In this document: one piece after another, positions 20,207-29,245 of the stretch
Layout of the letters: every line of letters begins with the position of its first letter
How positions within the stretch are numbered: the first letter of the stretch is position 1
Source: Patescibacteria group bacterium
Lineage (GTDB): Bacteria; Patescibacteriota; Patescibacteriia; UBA11705; DATKZF01
Direction: 5' to 3'
NCBI GenBank assembly: GCA_049319825.1
Contig: JBMORT010000006.1
Coordinates: 80,012-144,011 of the forward strand
Length of the DNA stretch: 64,000 bases
Program-made: the position numbers and the translations under genes
Notes under the pieces: generated by a model
Database searches by the model: none
What the model was told of the DNA's origin: nothing
Seen by the model: the letters and a program-made list of their open reading frames with translations, nothing else

Positions 20207-23200
20207 TTATTGTTCAGACAAAGTCACGTATCCGCCATACACGCTATCGGCATTGCCGGTATTGACATAGATTGTCAAATAATTGGTGGTGCTGGAAGCG
20301 GTGTCGGTTATATTGATTTCAGTGCCGACAACTCCTGCCCCTAAATTCGTGGCGGTGGTGTTATTGGTGATGTCGTTGGCGTAAACGGTAACGGTGTTTG
20401 TTGTGTCCGAACCGTATACCATGGCCGCGGTCGCCTGAAATCCGGTGGGGATGGCAATGGTTGCCGCCATTTGCGTGGTACCGCTGCTGGCGGTGACCGA
20501 CGTGCCATCAGTGGCGATGGTGGCGTTATCGTCATTGTCATCGGAAATGAAATCCGCTGGTAATAATTTGAGCCGAGTGGTCGAGCCGAACCAGCCGTTT
20601 CGTACCCAGCTGAGATTACCATTGCCGTCAGTTTGCAAAAATTGTCCGGAATTGCCGTCATTCGCCGGCATGGTATATGTGGTATTTTGAGTCATGGCCG
20701 CCGGCGGCTGGAAAATGATTTCATAATCGGTCGGACCTTGCTCGGAATATATTCTTAATTGCCCGTCAGTGCCGTTGCGCCCTGTCCTGATGGCGCCGGT
20801 GGTATCTATTGCGTAGGCAGGAGCGTTGGTGCCGACGCCCAATCGCTTATTGGTATTATCCCAGAAAAAGTTGGTATTATCTTGTGTTATCAAGCCTGAC
20901 GTTCCCGTGAATACGACTGAGCCGGCAGTCAAATCAGAAATAGTTAATGTTTCTCCCGCATTCAGCAAGATATCGTCTCCGGCGGTTGCCGGTGATAAAT
21001 TGGTGCCGGTTCTGGACCAGTAGTTGGTGCCGGCCGAGCTAACACAATCAGTCCAGGCGCCGGATTGATAGCATCTGAATTTATTGGTATTGGTATTGTA
21101 ATAAATCGCACCGTTAGTGCCGGCCGGATCACCGGCATCGCTTTTTTTATCCAAAATCAAAAGATCGGGAGTGGTTGAACCGGCGCCGCCGGCGCCGATT
21201 TGAACATAAGCTGTAGTGCCGGTGCCGGCCGGTTGCAGCGTGATATTTCCGGTAGTGGTGGAAAAGCTGGAGGCGGCGCCGCCTTGCATGGCCAGCGCTG
21301 AAGCCGATGTTAAATTAAGGTTGCCCGATGAAGTTGACCAGGTTGAGGTGGCGCCGGCGGTGAGTGTCAGCGCGCCGGAAGAAGTAAATTGCGAGGCGGA
21401 TGTCGGGGTGAGATTGACCGCCCCTGATCCAGTGGCGTTGAAGTTTCCCGATGTCAGATTAAAAACTATCGGTATGCCCGCGGCGGTGGTGATTGACGCG
21501 CCGTTATCGTACGCGGTTTGCAAGGTGGCGGAAGCCCCGGTGGTATCGCAGTCTTTCCAGGCGCCGCTTTCATAGCAGCGGAATTTATTGGTGGTTGAGT
21601 TATAATAGGTGAGCCCGTTTGAACCGGCCGGATCAGCGCCAATTGAGCCAAGCAATAATTCGCCGGTTATCGTGGTCCTGTCAGTGCTGCCATTGCCCAA
21701 ATTTGAATTGCCTTGAACACCAAGATCGCCGGTTAGCGTTAATCCGGTAAATTGGGGGCTGTCCGCTGTGCCCAATCCGAGAGATGTTCTGGCGGTGTTG
21801 CCGGATTCTGCGACCCAAGTGGTGCCATTGCCGACTATAAAGTCGCTATCAGCGGATGATAATCCAGCAATGGCGGCCAAGGCGCCACTGAGAGAAAAAT
21901 TAATTGTGTCTGTGCCCGCGTTTCCGGTGACGTACATCCCTGTTCCCGCGGTTAAAGCTAAAGTGTCTGTCGACGCGTCCGCTACCGGGTTTGTTCCCAG
22001 CGGAGTGGAAATCGTTTCAAAAAGATTTTGAGCAGCGGCAGAAACAGTGGCCCACTGAGGGTCTGCCCCGGCGCCCTGAGTTTGCAGGACTTGGCCGCTG
22101 GTTCCCGGAGACAGAGTCACCCAATCAGATCCGTCAAAGTAAAGGACTTCGCCCTGAGCGGCGGTAATTGAGGCGATATCATCGAGGTAAGAATCCCAAG
22201 CCTGAACATTGGAGCCGATAGCTAATCCCAAGTTTGATCGAGCGGTGGTGGCGTCGGTGGCGCCAGTGCCGCCTTTGGCGATGCTCAGAGTGCCGCCCAA
22301 ATTGTCCAATGTTAAATTAGCTTCAGTGATATCAATATCGATTTCATTATTGATGGCGTCGTTCGAAACGTTGACTTTGCTTGATCCGGCATTGATATTC
22401 TTAAATTCCAAGTCAGCGCCGGTTTTTTGTAAAAATGGTCCGACCCCGCCAACACCTTGATTCGAGGCGGTATTAGTTTCTCCGCCGCCGCCTGCCGCCC
22501 ACTGCGGATTGGCGCCGGCGCCTTGCGTTTGCAAAAATTGTCCGGAGGTGCCGGCGGCGAGCCTGACCCAGTTGGTGCCGTTAAAGTAAAGGACATCGCC
22601 CTGAGCTTCGCCGGATATCGTTAAATCGGTTACGGTGGTTGAACTATAAGATCCGGAAACGTCCCCGCTGAAAGAAGTGGCAGTGGTCAAGTCATCAGTG
22701 CTGACCTTGTCCCAATTGGCAGTGCTTGTCTGCTGCCAGTTGGCGCCGTCGCCGATAATAATGTTGTTGTTTGTCGGAGTTAAACCGGCGATGTCATCGA
22801 GCTGGACATCCCAAGCCTGAACGCTAGTACCAATGTTCGCATCGAGAAGCAAAGTTCCGGTTGCAGCAGGAATAGTGACAGTAACATCGGCGCCGGGATC
22901 GGCAGCGGTTAACTGAACTTCATTGCCGTCAGCGGAAGTGCCTTCAAACCAGAGAGAATTGCCGTCGTTTCCCGCGGTAGCGGTAAATGCCGCTCCTGAA
23001 GCGACATCGCCAACATCTGTAACATCACCTGAGCCTGCGGCAGCCGCCCACTGCGGATTGGCGCCGGCGCCTTGCGTTTGCAAAAATTGTCCGGAGGTGC
23101 CGGCGGCGAGCCTGACCCAGTTGGTGCCGTTAAAGTAAAGGACATCGCCCTGAGCTTCGCCGGATATCGTTAAATCGGTTACGGTGGTTGAACTATAAGA

Positions 23201-23482
23201 TCCGGAAACGTCCCCGCTGAAAACGGTGCTGGTCGTTAAATCGTCAGCATTGTTTTTATCCCAGGCGGCGGCGTTTAGCCAGGTGGCATTGCCGAGGGCA
23301 TCGGATTGAAGAATAAAACCGGCTCCGGCCCCGTTTGAAAACAATAAATTACCCTGAACGCTGAGATTTCCGCCGGTGGTGATGTTATTGCCAATAGTGG
23401 TGGCTGCCAAAGTGGATGGGCAAATCACTAAATTTAATAAAAGGATTATTCCAAAGGCCTTTAATTTTTTTTTGATGTTCAT
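20207..23482 (-). CDS. Large secreted Gly/Thr/Ser-rich repetitive surface protein (1091 aa)
   Basis: Signal peptide. Three copies of the motif LYF(N/D)G(T/S)(N/D)WV.L..GTSGQ.LQTQGAGA.PQWA. Forms an operon with the 653-aa gene. Confidence 0.85.
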   Translation of the reverse strand: MNIKKKLKAFGIILLLNLVICPSTLAATTIGNNITTGGNLSVQGNLLFSNGAGAGFILQSDALGNATWLNAAAWDKNNADDLTTSTVFSGDVSGSYSSTTVTDLTISGEAQGDVLYFNGTNWVRLAAGTSGQFLQTQGAGANPQWAAAAGSGDVTDVGDVASGAAFTATAGNDGNSLWFEGTSADGNEVQLTAADPGADVTVTIPAATGTLLLDANIGTSVQAWDVQLDDIAGLTPTNNNIIIGDGANWQQTSTANWDKVSTDDLTTATSFSGDVSGSYSSTTVTDLTISGEAQGDVLYFNGTNWVRLAAGTSGQFLQTQGAGANPQWAAGGGGETNTASNQGVGGVGPFLQKTGADLEFKNINAGSSKVNVSNDAINNEIDIDITEANLTLDNLGGTLSIAKGGTGATDATTARSNLGLAIGSNVQAWDSYLDDIASITAAQGEVLYFDGSDWVTLSPGTSGQVLQTQGAGADPQWATVSAAAQNLFETISTPLGTNPVADASTDTLALTAGTGMYVTGNAGTDTINFSLSGALAAIAGLSSADSDFIVGNGTTWVAESGNTARTSLGLGTADSPQFTGLTLTGDLGVQGNSNLGNGSTDRTTITGELLLGSIGADPAGSNGLTYYNSTTNKFRCYESGAWKDCDTTGASATLQTAYDNGASITTAAGIPIVFNLTSGNFNATGSGAVNLTPTSASQFTSSGALTLTAGATSTWSTSSGNLNLTSASALAMQGGAASSFSTTTGNITLQPAGTGTTAYVQIGAGGAGSTTPDLLILDKKSDAGDPAGTNGAIYYNTNTNKFRCYQSGAWTDCVSSAGTNYWSRTGTNLSPATAGDDILLNAGETLTISDLTAGSVVFTGTSGLITQDNTNFFWDNTNKRLGVGTNAPAYAIDTTGAIRTGRNGTDGQLRIYSEQGPTDYEIIFQPPAAMTQNTTYTMPANDGNSGQFLQTDGNGNLSWVRNGWFGSTTRLKLLPADFISDDNDDNATIATDGTSVTASSGTTQMAATIAIPTGFQATAAMVYGSDTTNTVTVYANDITNNTTATNLGAGVVGTEINITDTASSTTNYLTIYVNTGNADSVYGGYVTLSEQ
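22494..22673. repeat. ~180-bp direct repeat, copy 1, inside the 1091-aa gene
   Basis: Identical to 23044-23222 at the nucleotide level (both spurious minus ORFs translate to MSFTLTAPTGSGSPPAPPDNFCKRKAPAPIRSGR). Confidence 0.85.
23044..23222. repeat. ~180-bp direct repeat, copy 2
   Basis: See copy 1. Confidence 0.85.
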
Positions 23483-23695
23483 AAATAAAAATTTGATTTA
23501 TTCAAGAAATATAAATAAATTTATTTCATTTGGTTGAATAAATTATACCATAAATAGCAGTTTAAGAAAATGTGGACAATTATACTTTCCGTGTGGTAGC
23601 AATATAAAAGCGATATGGCGCTGCGATTTGACAAATTTGTATCCGAAGTTTAATATATTGTGTTGTTCGTTCTTTTTAAAAAGATAGGAGGTGCA

Positions 23696-24889
23696 ATGAG
23701 AGATTTCATCCATCTGGTTACGCCGCCGGATTTGCTGCTGCGCTATGCCATGGATAAAGAAAAGATAGCTCGAGAATACCCCAAAGGGTTTGAACATGCT
23801 CAAAGCATGGATCGTTTATTTCGAGCCATTGCCTCGCAGGAAGTATCCGATGCCAGGATGGCGATATCAGGCTGGCTTGAACAAACGGTCGGCGATGCGT
23901 TCCCTGCCGATATTTTATACGACATATTCACTGAAGCGATTCAGGAGGCCAAGGGGTTTCGCGAGGAATTGCTCAGAGAATTCGTGCCGGAGAAGGTGCG
24001 GTTTGTTTTCACGTCAGAAGGAATTTGCCGACCGACGAACGATCCCATCAATTTGCTTCGAATCATGCATGATCCCCCGGGAAATTCAATATATAGAAGG
24101 ATCAGATCATTTGAGGCGAATTTGTTTTTCAGCTTGGGGATGAGGTATTTGATTATGTTGATGAAAAATAAAAGTCGGGAAGCTTTTCTTTCTGATCTGA
24201 CAGAAATATTGGAAAGTGATTTTTTCTCCCGCGATTGCCACGGCGAATTCAGAAGAATTCTGGAAATCGTATATGATAAAAACAACTATCACCGATTCGT
24301 GAAATTTTTGGAAGCGGGCGAAAGCGCCAAACACATTTTTCGCTGGCCGTTATGGTTTAGAAAAATCAGTGTTTACGGCCGTGATATGTATGTTTTATAT
24401 GATAGCCGCGATAAGCGTATGCAGGACGTTTTTAGAAAAACATTGCTTGATTCAACCGCCGCCAATCCGATTGCCGCCGATGTAAACGCAATTACTTTCG
24501 TGTTCCTATCGGAGGAAGACCTAAAACAAGCTTTTGAATTGTTGACATCCAAAATATTCACTAATTTTGTCGGTGTAGTCAAGTATCGCATCGATGGAGA
24601 TGGCGATACCAATGGATACTCGGCGCGGACAAACGCTCCCAACAGACATTTTAAGGTCTGGCACCGGGGGAGATTGGTCGAGGTTCAAATGTTTTTATTC
24701 GGAAATTATTTTAATCGAAAATTTTCCATTGACGAGTCCAACCATCATCTTTATCGATTGCGCCAGGTTTGCGATGTCCTGCCGATGCTGGCGCCCCAAG
24801 ACGTTTATAATGTCGATTGGAAAGATGAGGAGCTTCTGCGCCAAATGCATCAATTGCAGATCTATCGTTCTTTGGCCAATTTTAATTAA
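23696..24889 (+). CDS. Hypothetical protein (397 aa); possible divergent RelA/SpoT-like nucleotidyltransferase fold
   Basis: AGGAGG RBS before the ATG at 23696. The C-terminal region KYRIDGDGDTNGYSARTN...LVEVQMF...HHLYR loosely matches RSH synthetase motifs (NGYxSxH, ExQIRT, HxxYK). Confidence 0.6.
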   Translation: MRDFIHLVTPPDLLLRYAMDKEKIAREYPKGFEHAQSMDRLFRAIASQEVSDARMAISGWLEQTVGDAFPADILYDIFTEAIQEAKGFREELLREFVPEKVRFVFTSEGICRPTNDPINLLRIMHDPPGNSIYRRIRSFEANLFFSLGMRYLIMLMKNKSREAFLSDLTEILESDFFSRDCHGEFRRILEIVYDKNNYHRFVKFLEAGESAKHIFRWPLWFRKISVYGRDMYVLYDSRDKRMQDVFRKTLLDSTAANPIAADVNAITFVFLSEEDLKQAFELLTSKIFTNFVGVVKYRIDGDGDTNGYSARTNAPNRHFKVWHRGRLVEVQMFLFGNYFNRKFSIDESNHHLYRLRQVCDVLPMLAPQDVYNVDWKDEELLRQMHQLQIYRSLANFN

Positions 24890-25010
24890 AAACCGCTTTT
24901 CATAAAAGCGGGTTTTTTTATACAAGTAAAGATAATACATCCGGAAAATAGAAATAAAAGAAGTTAAATAATAGATTTTGTTTAGCGACCTCATTTTCGA
25001 AATTTGAAAT

Positions 25011-25086
25011 TGGTCGGGGTAGTGAGACTTGAACTCACGACCTCATGCACCCCATGCATGCGCGCTACCAACTGCGCTATACCCCG
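25011..25086 (-). tRNA. tRNA-Pro (anticodon GGG)
   Basis: Reverse complement CGGGGTA...anticodon loop ATGGGGT...T-loop TTCAAGT...TACCCCG-A-CCA. Confidence 0.82.
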
Positions 25087-25087
25087 A

Positions 25088-25185
25088 CATCATGGATCAT
25101 GGATCATGGATCATGGATCATGGATCATGGATCATGGATCATGGATCATGGATCATGGATCATGGATCATGAATCATGGATCAAT
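25088..25185. repeat. Heptanucleotide tandem array (GATCATG/CATGGAT), ~13.5 copies
   Basis: 12 perfect units plus 1 variant from 25091 to 25181, abutting the tRNA-Pro 5' end. Each unit contains GATC and CATG. Confidence 0.95.
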
Positions 25186-25241
25186 GAAACCTGGAATACG
25201 AATTGATTTTAACAAAAAAATTCGTTTTTGTAAACGCTATT

Positions 25242-26372
25242 TTAGATTAAATTTTTTAAGTATTCCAGCACCTGTTCTTTGGCTGAAGCGAAATTGGCAG
25301 TGTCAATCTTGACCCGAATTAAGTCAGCGGCGCCGGTCGGATTGAATTCCGAAAAATTTTTAAGAAGATCGATGTCTTTTTCCGTTTTAATGATGCAGTG
25401 AGTGGCACTAGCATCGGTTTGAAAAAAAATGGCGGTGTGCTGAATCGAGGGTATGCTGCTGATCAGCTCATCGATAACTTCCACCAAATCTTTGCTGGAG
25501 CTGTTGTTGGACTTGAAATCTTCGGCGGTTACGCGTGACCAGGCGATTTTTTGATCGGGATCCGTCTCCAGATGGCTGAGTACCGTGCCCCAGAGTTTAA
25601 GTGTGCCGACAGATTTTGTTTGATAAAGGTTTTTAATAATTAAATCGCGCTGAGCACCGCTGGCGATCAGCTGGGAGGCGATGTTTAGCGAACGCGGAGT
25701 GACTTTTTTATGTCGAAAGCTTTTGGTCTTGTCGATCATGCCGGTCAATAGATAGGTGGCGATGGTTTCATCGATCAGGCTGTCATCGATCGAAGTGAAC
25801 AGTTCGTATAAAATTTCAGCAACGGAAACGGCGGTGACATTAACCATGTTGGTGTGGCCGAAATGTTCATTCTCCGGCAGATTGCAAATGTTAATGATCG
25901 GTGTGTTATAAAAAAAATCAGGATTGTTTTCGTAGATTTTGTCGAGCGATTCGAGATCCGGCGTGTTGAGAGTGAAAATTAAATCATGACGGTATTCTGA
26001 ATTGGAGCAGCTGACGCGATCTTTGGTGAGCTCGCCATTTTTGGGAGTGATAAATATTTTGAGACGATCATCAATGACTTTATAGCTGAATTTATCAACT
26101 TGAGAATTTTGCAGATCAAGATCGATAACCAATTTTCGGAGATTAGTCAAGTCTGGTTTGATGGTATCGGTTCGCGGTAAAAAACTGATATTGGTGGGGA
26201 TTTTAAAATTAGGGCAGACAATATCTCCCTGTTTATCGAGCTTTTTCAGCCAGAAAGCCAGCGCCAAGCTGGAAGCGATCACGTCGGTGCCGTTATTGTT
26301 TCTGAAGGTTATCAGCGGGCTCCGACTTCTTTTGACTGATTCGTAAATTTGTTGCGTGACATTAAGAGCCAT
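25242..26372 (-). CDS. DHH/DHHA1 phosphoesterase-like protein (NrnA-like) with degenerate catalytic motifs
   Basis: DHH-family architecture with degenerate metal-ligand positions (NLPENEHFGH where DHH is expected). The ATG at 26372 is preferred; the track start at 26456 is a TTG. Confidence 0.5.
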   Translation of the reverse strand: MALNVTQQIYESVKRSRSPLITFRNNNGTDVIASSLALAFWLKKLDKQGDIVCPNFKIPTNISFLPRTDTIKPDLTNLRKLVIDLDLQNSQVDKFSYKVIDDRLKIFITPKNGELTKDRVSCSNSEYRHDLIFTLNTPDLESLDKIYENNPDFFYNTPIINICNLPENEHFGHTNMVNVTAVSVAEILYELFTSIDDSLIDETIATYLLTGMIDKTKSFRHKKVTPRSLNIASQLIASGAQRDLIIKNLYQTKSVGTLKLWGTVLSHLETDPDQKIAWSRVTAEDFKSNNSSSKDLVEVIDELISSIPSIQHTAIFFQTDASATHCIIKTEKDIDLLKNFSEFNPTGAADLIRVKIDTANFASAKEQVLEYLKNLI

Positions 26373-26472
26373 AAACAATGGTTGAAGTTTTAGTTTATTG
26401 TTTTTTTTATCGAAAGTCAAGGTTTGAGTTTTTGTGTTTGTTTTGATAAAATACAATCATAATTTATAAATA

Positions 26473-26545
26473 CAAGCGATGCTAATATACCTGCCTGCCG
26501 CCTGCCTGACGGCAGTCAGGGCAGGCAGGTATATTAGCATCGATG
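26473..26545. promoter_or_regulatory. Large palindromic element with two outward-facing promoter-like arms, between the DHH-like gene and valS
   Basis: A 23-bp perfect inverted repeat (CGATGCTAATATACCTGCCTGCC / GGCAGGCAGGTATATTAGCATCG). The right arm abuts the valS ATG. Confidence 0.5.
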
Positions 26546-29182
26546 TTTATGGAAAAGGCATACGAACCCCAAAAATTCGAGGATGAAATTTATAAAAAAT
26601 GGGAAGTAAAAGAATTATTCAATCCCGATAAAGTAAAAGAGCTCCGTGCTGTCGGCAGGGATTCTTTTTCGATCGTGCTGCCGCCGCCGAATGTCACCGG
26701 CACGCTTCATTTGGGCCACGCGGCCATGCTGGCGATCGAAGACCTGATGATCCGCTATCACCGCATGAAAGGATTTGATACGGTTTGGATCCCGGGAACT
26801 GATCACGCGGCCATTGCCACGCAAAATGTTGTGGAAAAGAAAATTTTGAAAGAAACCGGAAAAACCAGGCATGACCTGGGCCGGGAAAGATTTTTGGCGG
26901 AAGTTGAAAAATTTGTCATTCAGTCAAAGGATACCATTCATAAGCAAGTCCGCAAAATGGGCTCGAGCCTGGATTGGTCGAGAGAGGGTTATACCCTGGA
27001 CGAGACGCGAAGCCGGGCAGTGCGCAAAGTTTTTAAAATGATGTATGATGACGGTTTGATTTACCGCGGCTACAGAATTGTGAATTGGTGCCCGCGCTGC
27101 CAGTCCACTCTGGCTGACGATGAAGTTGAATATAAAGATGAGTCGACTAAGCTTTATTATTTCAAATACGATAAGAATTTTCCGATCACCATTGCCACCA
27201 CCAGACCGGAAACCAAGCTGGGTGACACGGCAGTGGCGGTCAATCCCGACGATGAGCGATATAAAAAATATGTCGGCCAGACTTTTGACGTTGATTTTGT
27301 CGGCGTGCCTTTGAAAATAAAAGTCATTGCCGATAAAGCAGTCGATCCGGCCTTCGGCACCGGAGCGCTCGGCGTGACGCCGGCTCACAGCATGGTTGAT
27401 TATGAAATGGCGCAAAAAAATAATTTGCCAATCATCAAGGTAATTGATGAAGAGGGCAAAATGACAGACAAAGTCGGAGATTTTTCCGGCATGACCGCGA
27501 TTGAAGCCAGAGAAGCGGTGGTTAAGGCCTTAGAAAAAGCCGGACTGCAGGAAAAAGTCGAGGACGCGGAGCACAAACTGTCCAGCTGCTACCGCTGCGG
27601 CACCGCGGTCGAGCCTCTGCCTTCAGAGCAATGGTTTGTCAGCGTGGATAAAAAAGTCAAGCGGATCGGCGGCCAGAGCTTAAAGGAAAAAGCGATTGAA
27701 GTGATTAAAAATAAAAAAATTGAAATCATTCCGGAAAGATTTGAAAAAGTATATTTAAACTGGATGGAAAATCTGCATGATTGGTGCATTTCGCGTCAGA
27801 TTTGGTTCGGCCATCGTATTCCTGTTTGGTATAAAGGCGAGGCAAGAGGCAAGAGGCAAGAGGCAGAAGTGTATGTGGGTGAAGAAGCGCCGGAGGGAGC
27901 AGGATGGGTTCAGGATGAAGATACGCTGGACACTTGGTTTTCTTCAGGTTTATGGACATTCACCACTTTGCTGAAAAAAGATTTTAAGGATTTTGAAAAA
28001 AAACATAATTCTGACCTAAAAAGATTTCATCCGATTTCGGTGATGGAAACAGCTTATGATATTTTGTTTTTCTGGGTGGCGCGAATGATTTTGATGACAA
28101 ATTATGTAATGGAAGAAATTCCATTTGAAAAAGTATATTTTCACGGCCTTGTCCGCGACAAGGAAGGCAAGAAGATGTCAAAATCCAGGCCGGAAACAGC
28201 CATTGACCCGATAATCGTCGGCGATAAATACGGCTATGACGCGGTGCGCCTGAGCTTTTTGATCGGCGCCACCCCGGGAAACGATGTCAGATTGTATGAA
28301 GAGAAAATCGAAGGTTTTCGAAACTTCGTCAATAAGCTTTGGAATATTTCTCGATTTATCATTTCTCAAACACAAGGAAAGACAGAAGTTAAGAAAGTGA
28401 AGCCAAAGACCTTGGCGGATAAATGGATTTTGTCGCGACTTAATACGGTTATCAAAGAAGTTACCGAGTCCTTAGATAGTTATCAGTTTTCCGCGGCCGG
28501 CGAAAAGCTGAGAGATTTCACGTATAATGAATTGGCTGACTGGTATCTGGAAGTCGCTAAAGTGGAAAAAGGCAAAGACGAAATCTTGGCGCATATTTTG
28601 GATAGCGTTCTGCGGCTCTGGCATCCGTTCGTGCCGTTTGTGACCGAAGCTATTTTCAGCGAGACAAGCAAGACAAGTATTATGATTCAGGATTGGCCGA
28701 AAGTAAGTAAGAGACTGATTGATGATCAGGCGGAAAAAGAATTTGTCAAAATAAAAGAAGTGATTACGGCCATCAGAAATTTGCGAGCTGAAAACAATGT
28801 CGAACCGGCCAAAAAAATCAAAGCGCAATTTGTTTGCCAGAAAAAGCTTAAAGAAGACGAAGCAATAATTAAAGCTTTGGCTCGATTAGATTCTATTGAG
28901 TATGTTGATGTGGCTGAAAAGCCCGCTGCTTCTGGCGTGGTTGAAGATATTGAAATTTATCTGCCGCTAAAGGGACTGATTGATATTGAAAAAGAAAAAT
29001 CCAGACTTGAAAAGGAAATTGAAAATGTAAAAAAGTACGTTGATTCACAGGAAAAGAAATTGGGTAATGATGAATTTGTCAAAAACGCGCCGGCAAATGT
29101 TGTGGAGGGCGAGAAAGCGAAGCTGGCGGAGGCAAAGGAAAAATTAGAAAAATTAAATAATCAATTAGAAGGATTAAAATAA
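26543..29182 (+). CDS. valS: Valyl-tRNA synthetase
   Basis: HIGH-type PPPNVTGTLHLGHA; KMSKS; C-terminal coiled coil; 879 aa. Confidence 0.95.
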   Translation: MFMEKAYEPQKFEDEIYKKWEVKELFNPDKVKELRAVGRDSFSIVLPPPNVTGTLHLGHAAMLAIEDLMIRYHRMKGFDTVWIPGTDHAAIATQNVVEKKILKETGKTRHDLGRERFLAEVEKFVIQSKDTIHKQVRKMGSSLDWSREGYTLDETRSRAVRKVFKMMYDDGLIYRGYRIVNWCPRCQSTLADDEVEYKDESTKLYYFKYDKNFPITIATTRPETKLGDTAVAVNPDDERYKKYVGQTFDVDFVGVPLKIKVIADKAVDPAFGTGALGVTPAHSMVDYEMAQKNNLPIIKVIDEEGKMTDKVGDFSGMTAIEAREAVVKALEKAGLQEKVEDAEHKLSSCYRCGTAVEPLPSEQWFVSVDKKVKRIGGQSLKEKAIEVIKNKKIEIIPERFEKVYLNWMENLHDWCISRQIWFGHRIPVWYKGEARGKRQEAEVYVGEEAPEGAGWVQDEDTLDTWFSSGLWTFTTLLKKDFKDFEKKHNSDLKRFHPISVMETAYDILFFWVARMILMTNYVMEEIPFEKVYFHGLVRDKEGKKMSKSRPETAIDPIIVGDKYGYDAVRLSFLIGATPGNDVRLYEEKIEGFRNFVNKLWNISRFIISQTQGKTEVKKVKPKTLADKWILSRLNTVIKEVTESLDSYQFSAAGEKLRDFTYNELADWYLEVAKVEKGKDEILAHILDSVLRLWHPFVPFVTEAIFSETSKTSIMIQDWPKVSKRLIDDQAEKEFVKIKEVITAIRNLRAENNVEPAKKIKAQFVCQKKLKEDEAIIKALARLDSIEYVDVAEKPAASGVVEDIEIYLPLKGLIDIEKEKSRLEKEIENVKKYVDSQEKKLGNDEFVKNAPANVVEGEKAKLAEAKEKLEKLNNQLEGLK

Positions 29183-29245
29183 ATTTCTACCCGACTTTGG
29201 CCGGCTCATTTCGAGCCCACTAAAAGTGGGGTGGAATTTGACAAT

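Noticed and set aside
25088-25185. Possible CRISPR array
   Set aside because: The units are 7 bp and directly adjacent with no spacers. That is a simple microsatellite, not repeat-spacer architecture, and no cas genes are nearby.
25004-25312. ORF translating the heptamer array into HGSWIMD repeats
   Set aside because: It starts at a TTG inside the tRNA-Pro gene and merely reads through the (CATGGAT)n array. There is no RBS, and it overlaps a tRNA.
26461-26545. T-box or other riboswitch leader for valS
   Set aside because: The element is a simple perfect inverted repeat that ends at the ATG. It has no specifier loop or T-box consensus, and the same motif precedes unrelated genes.
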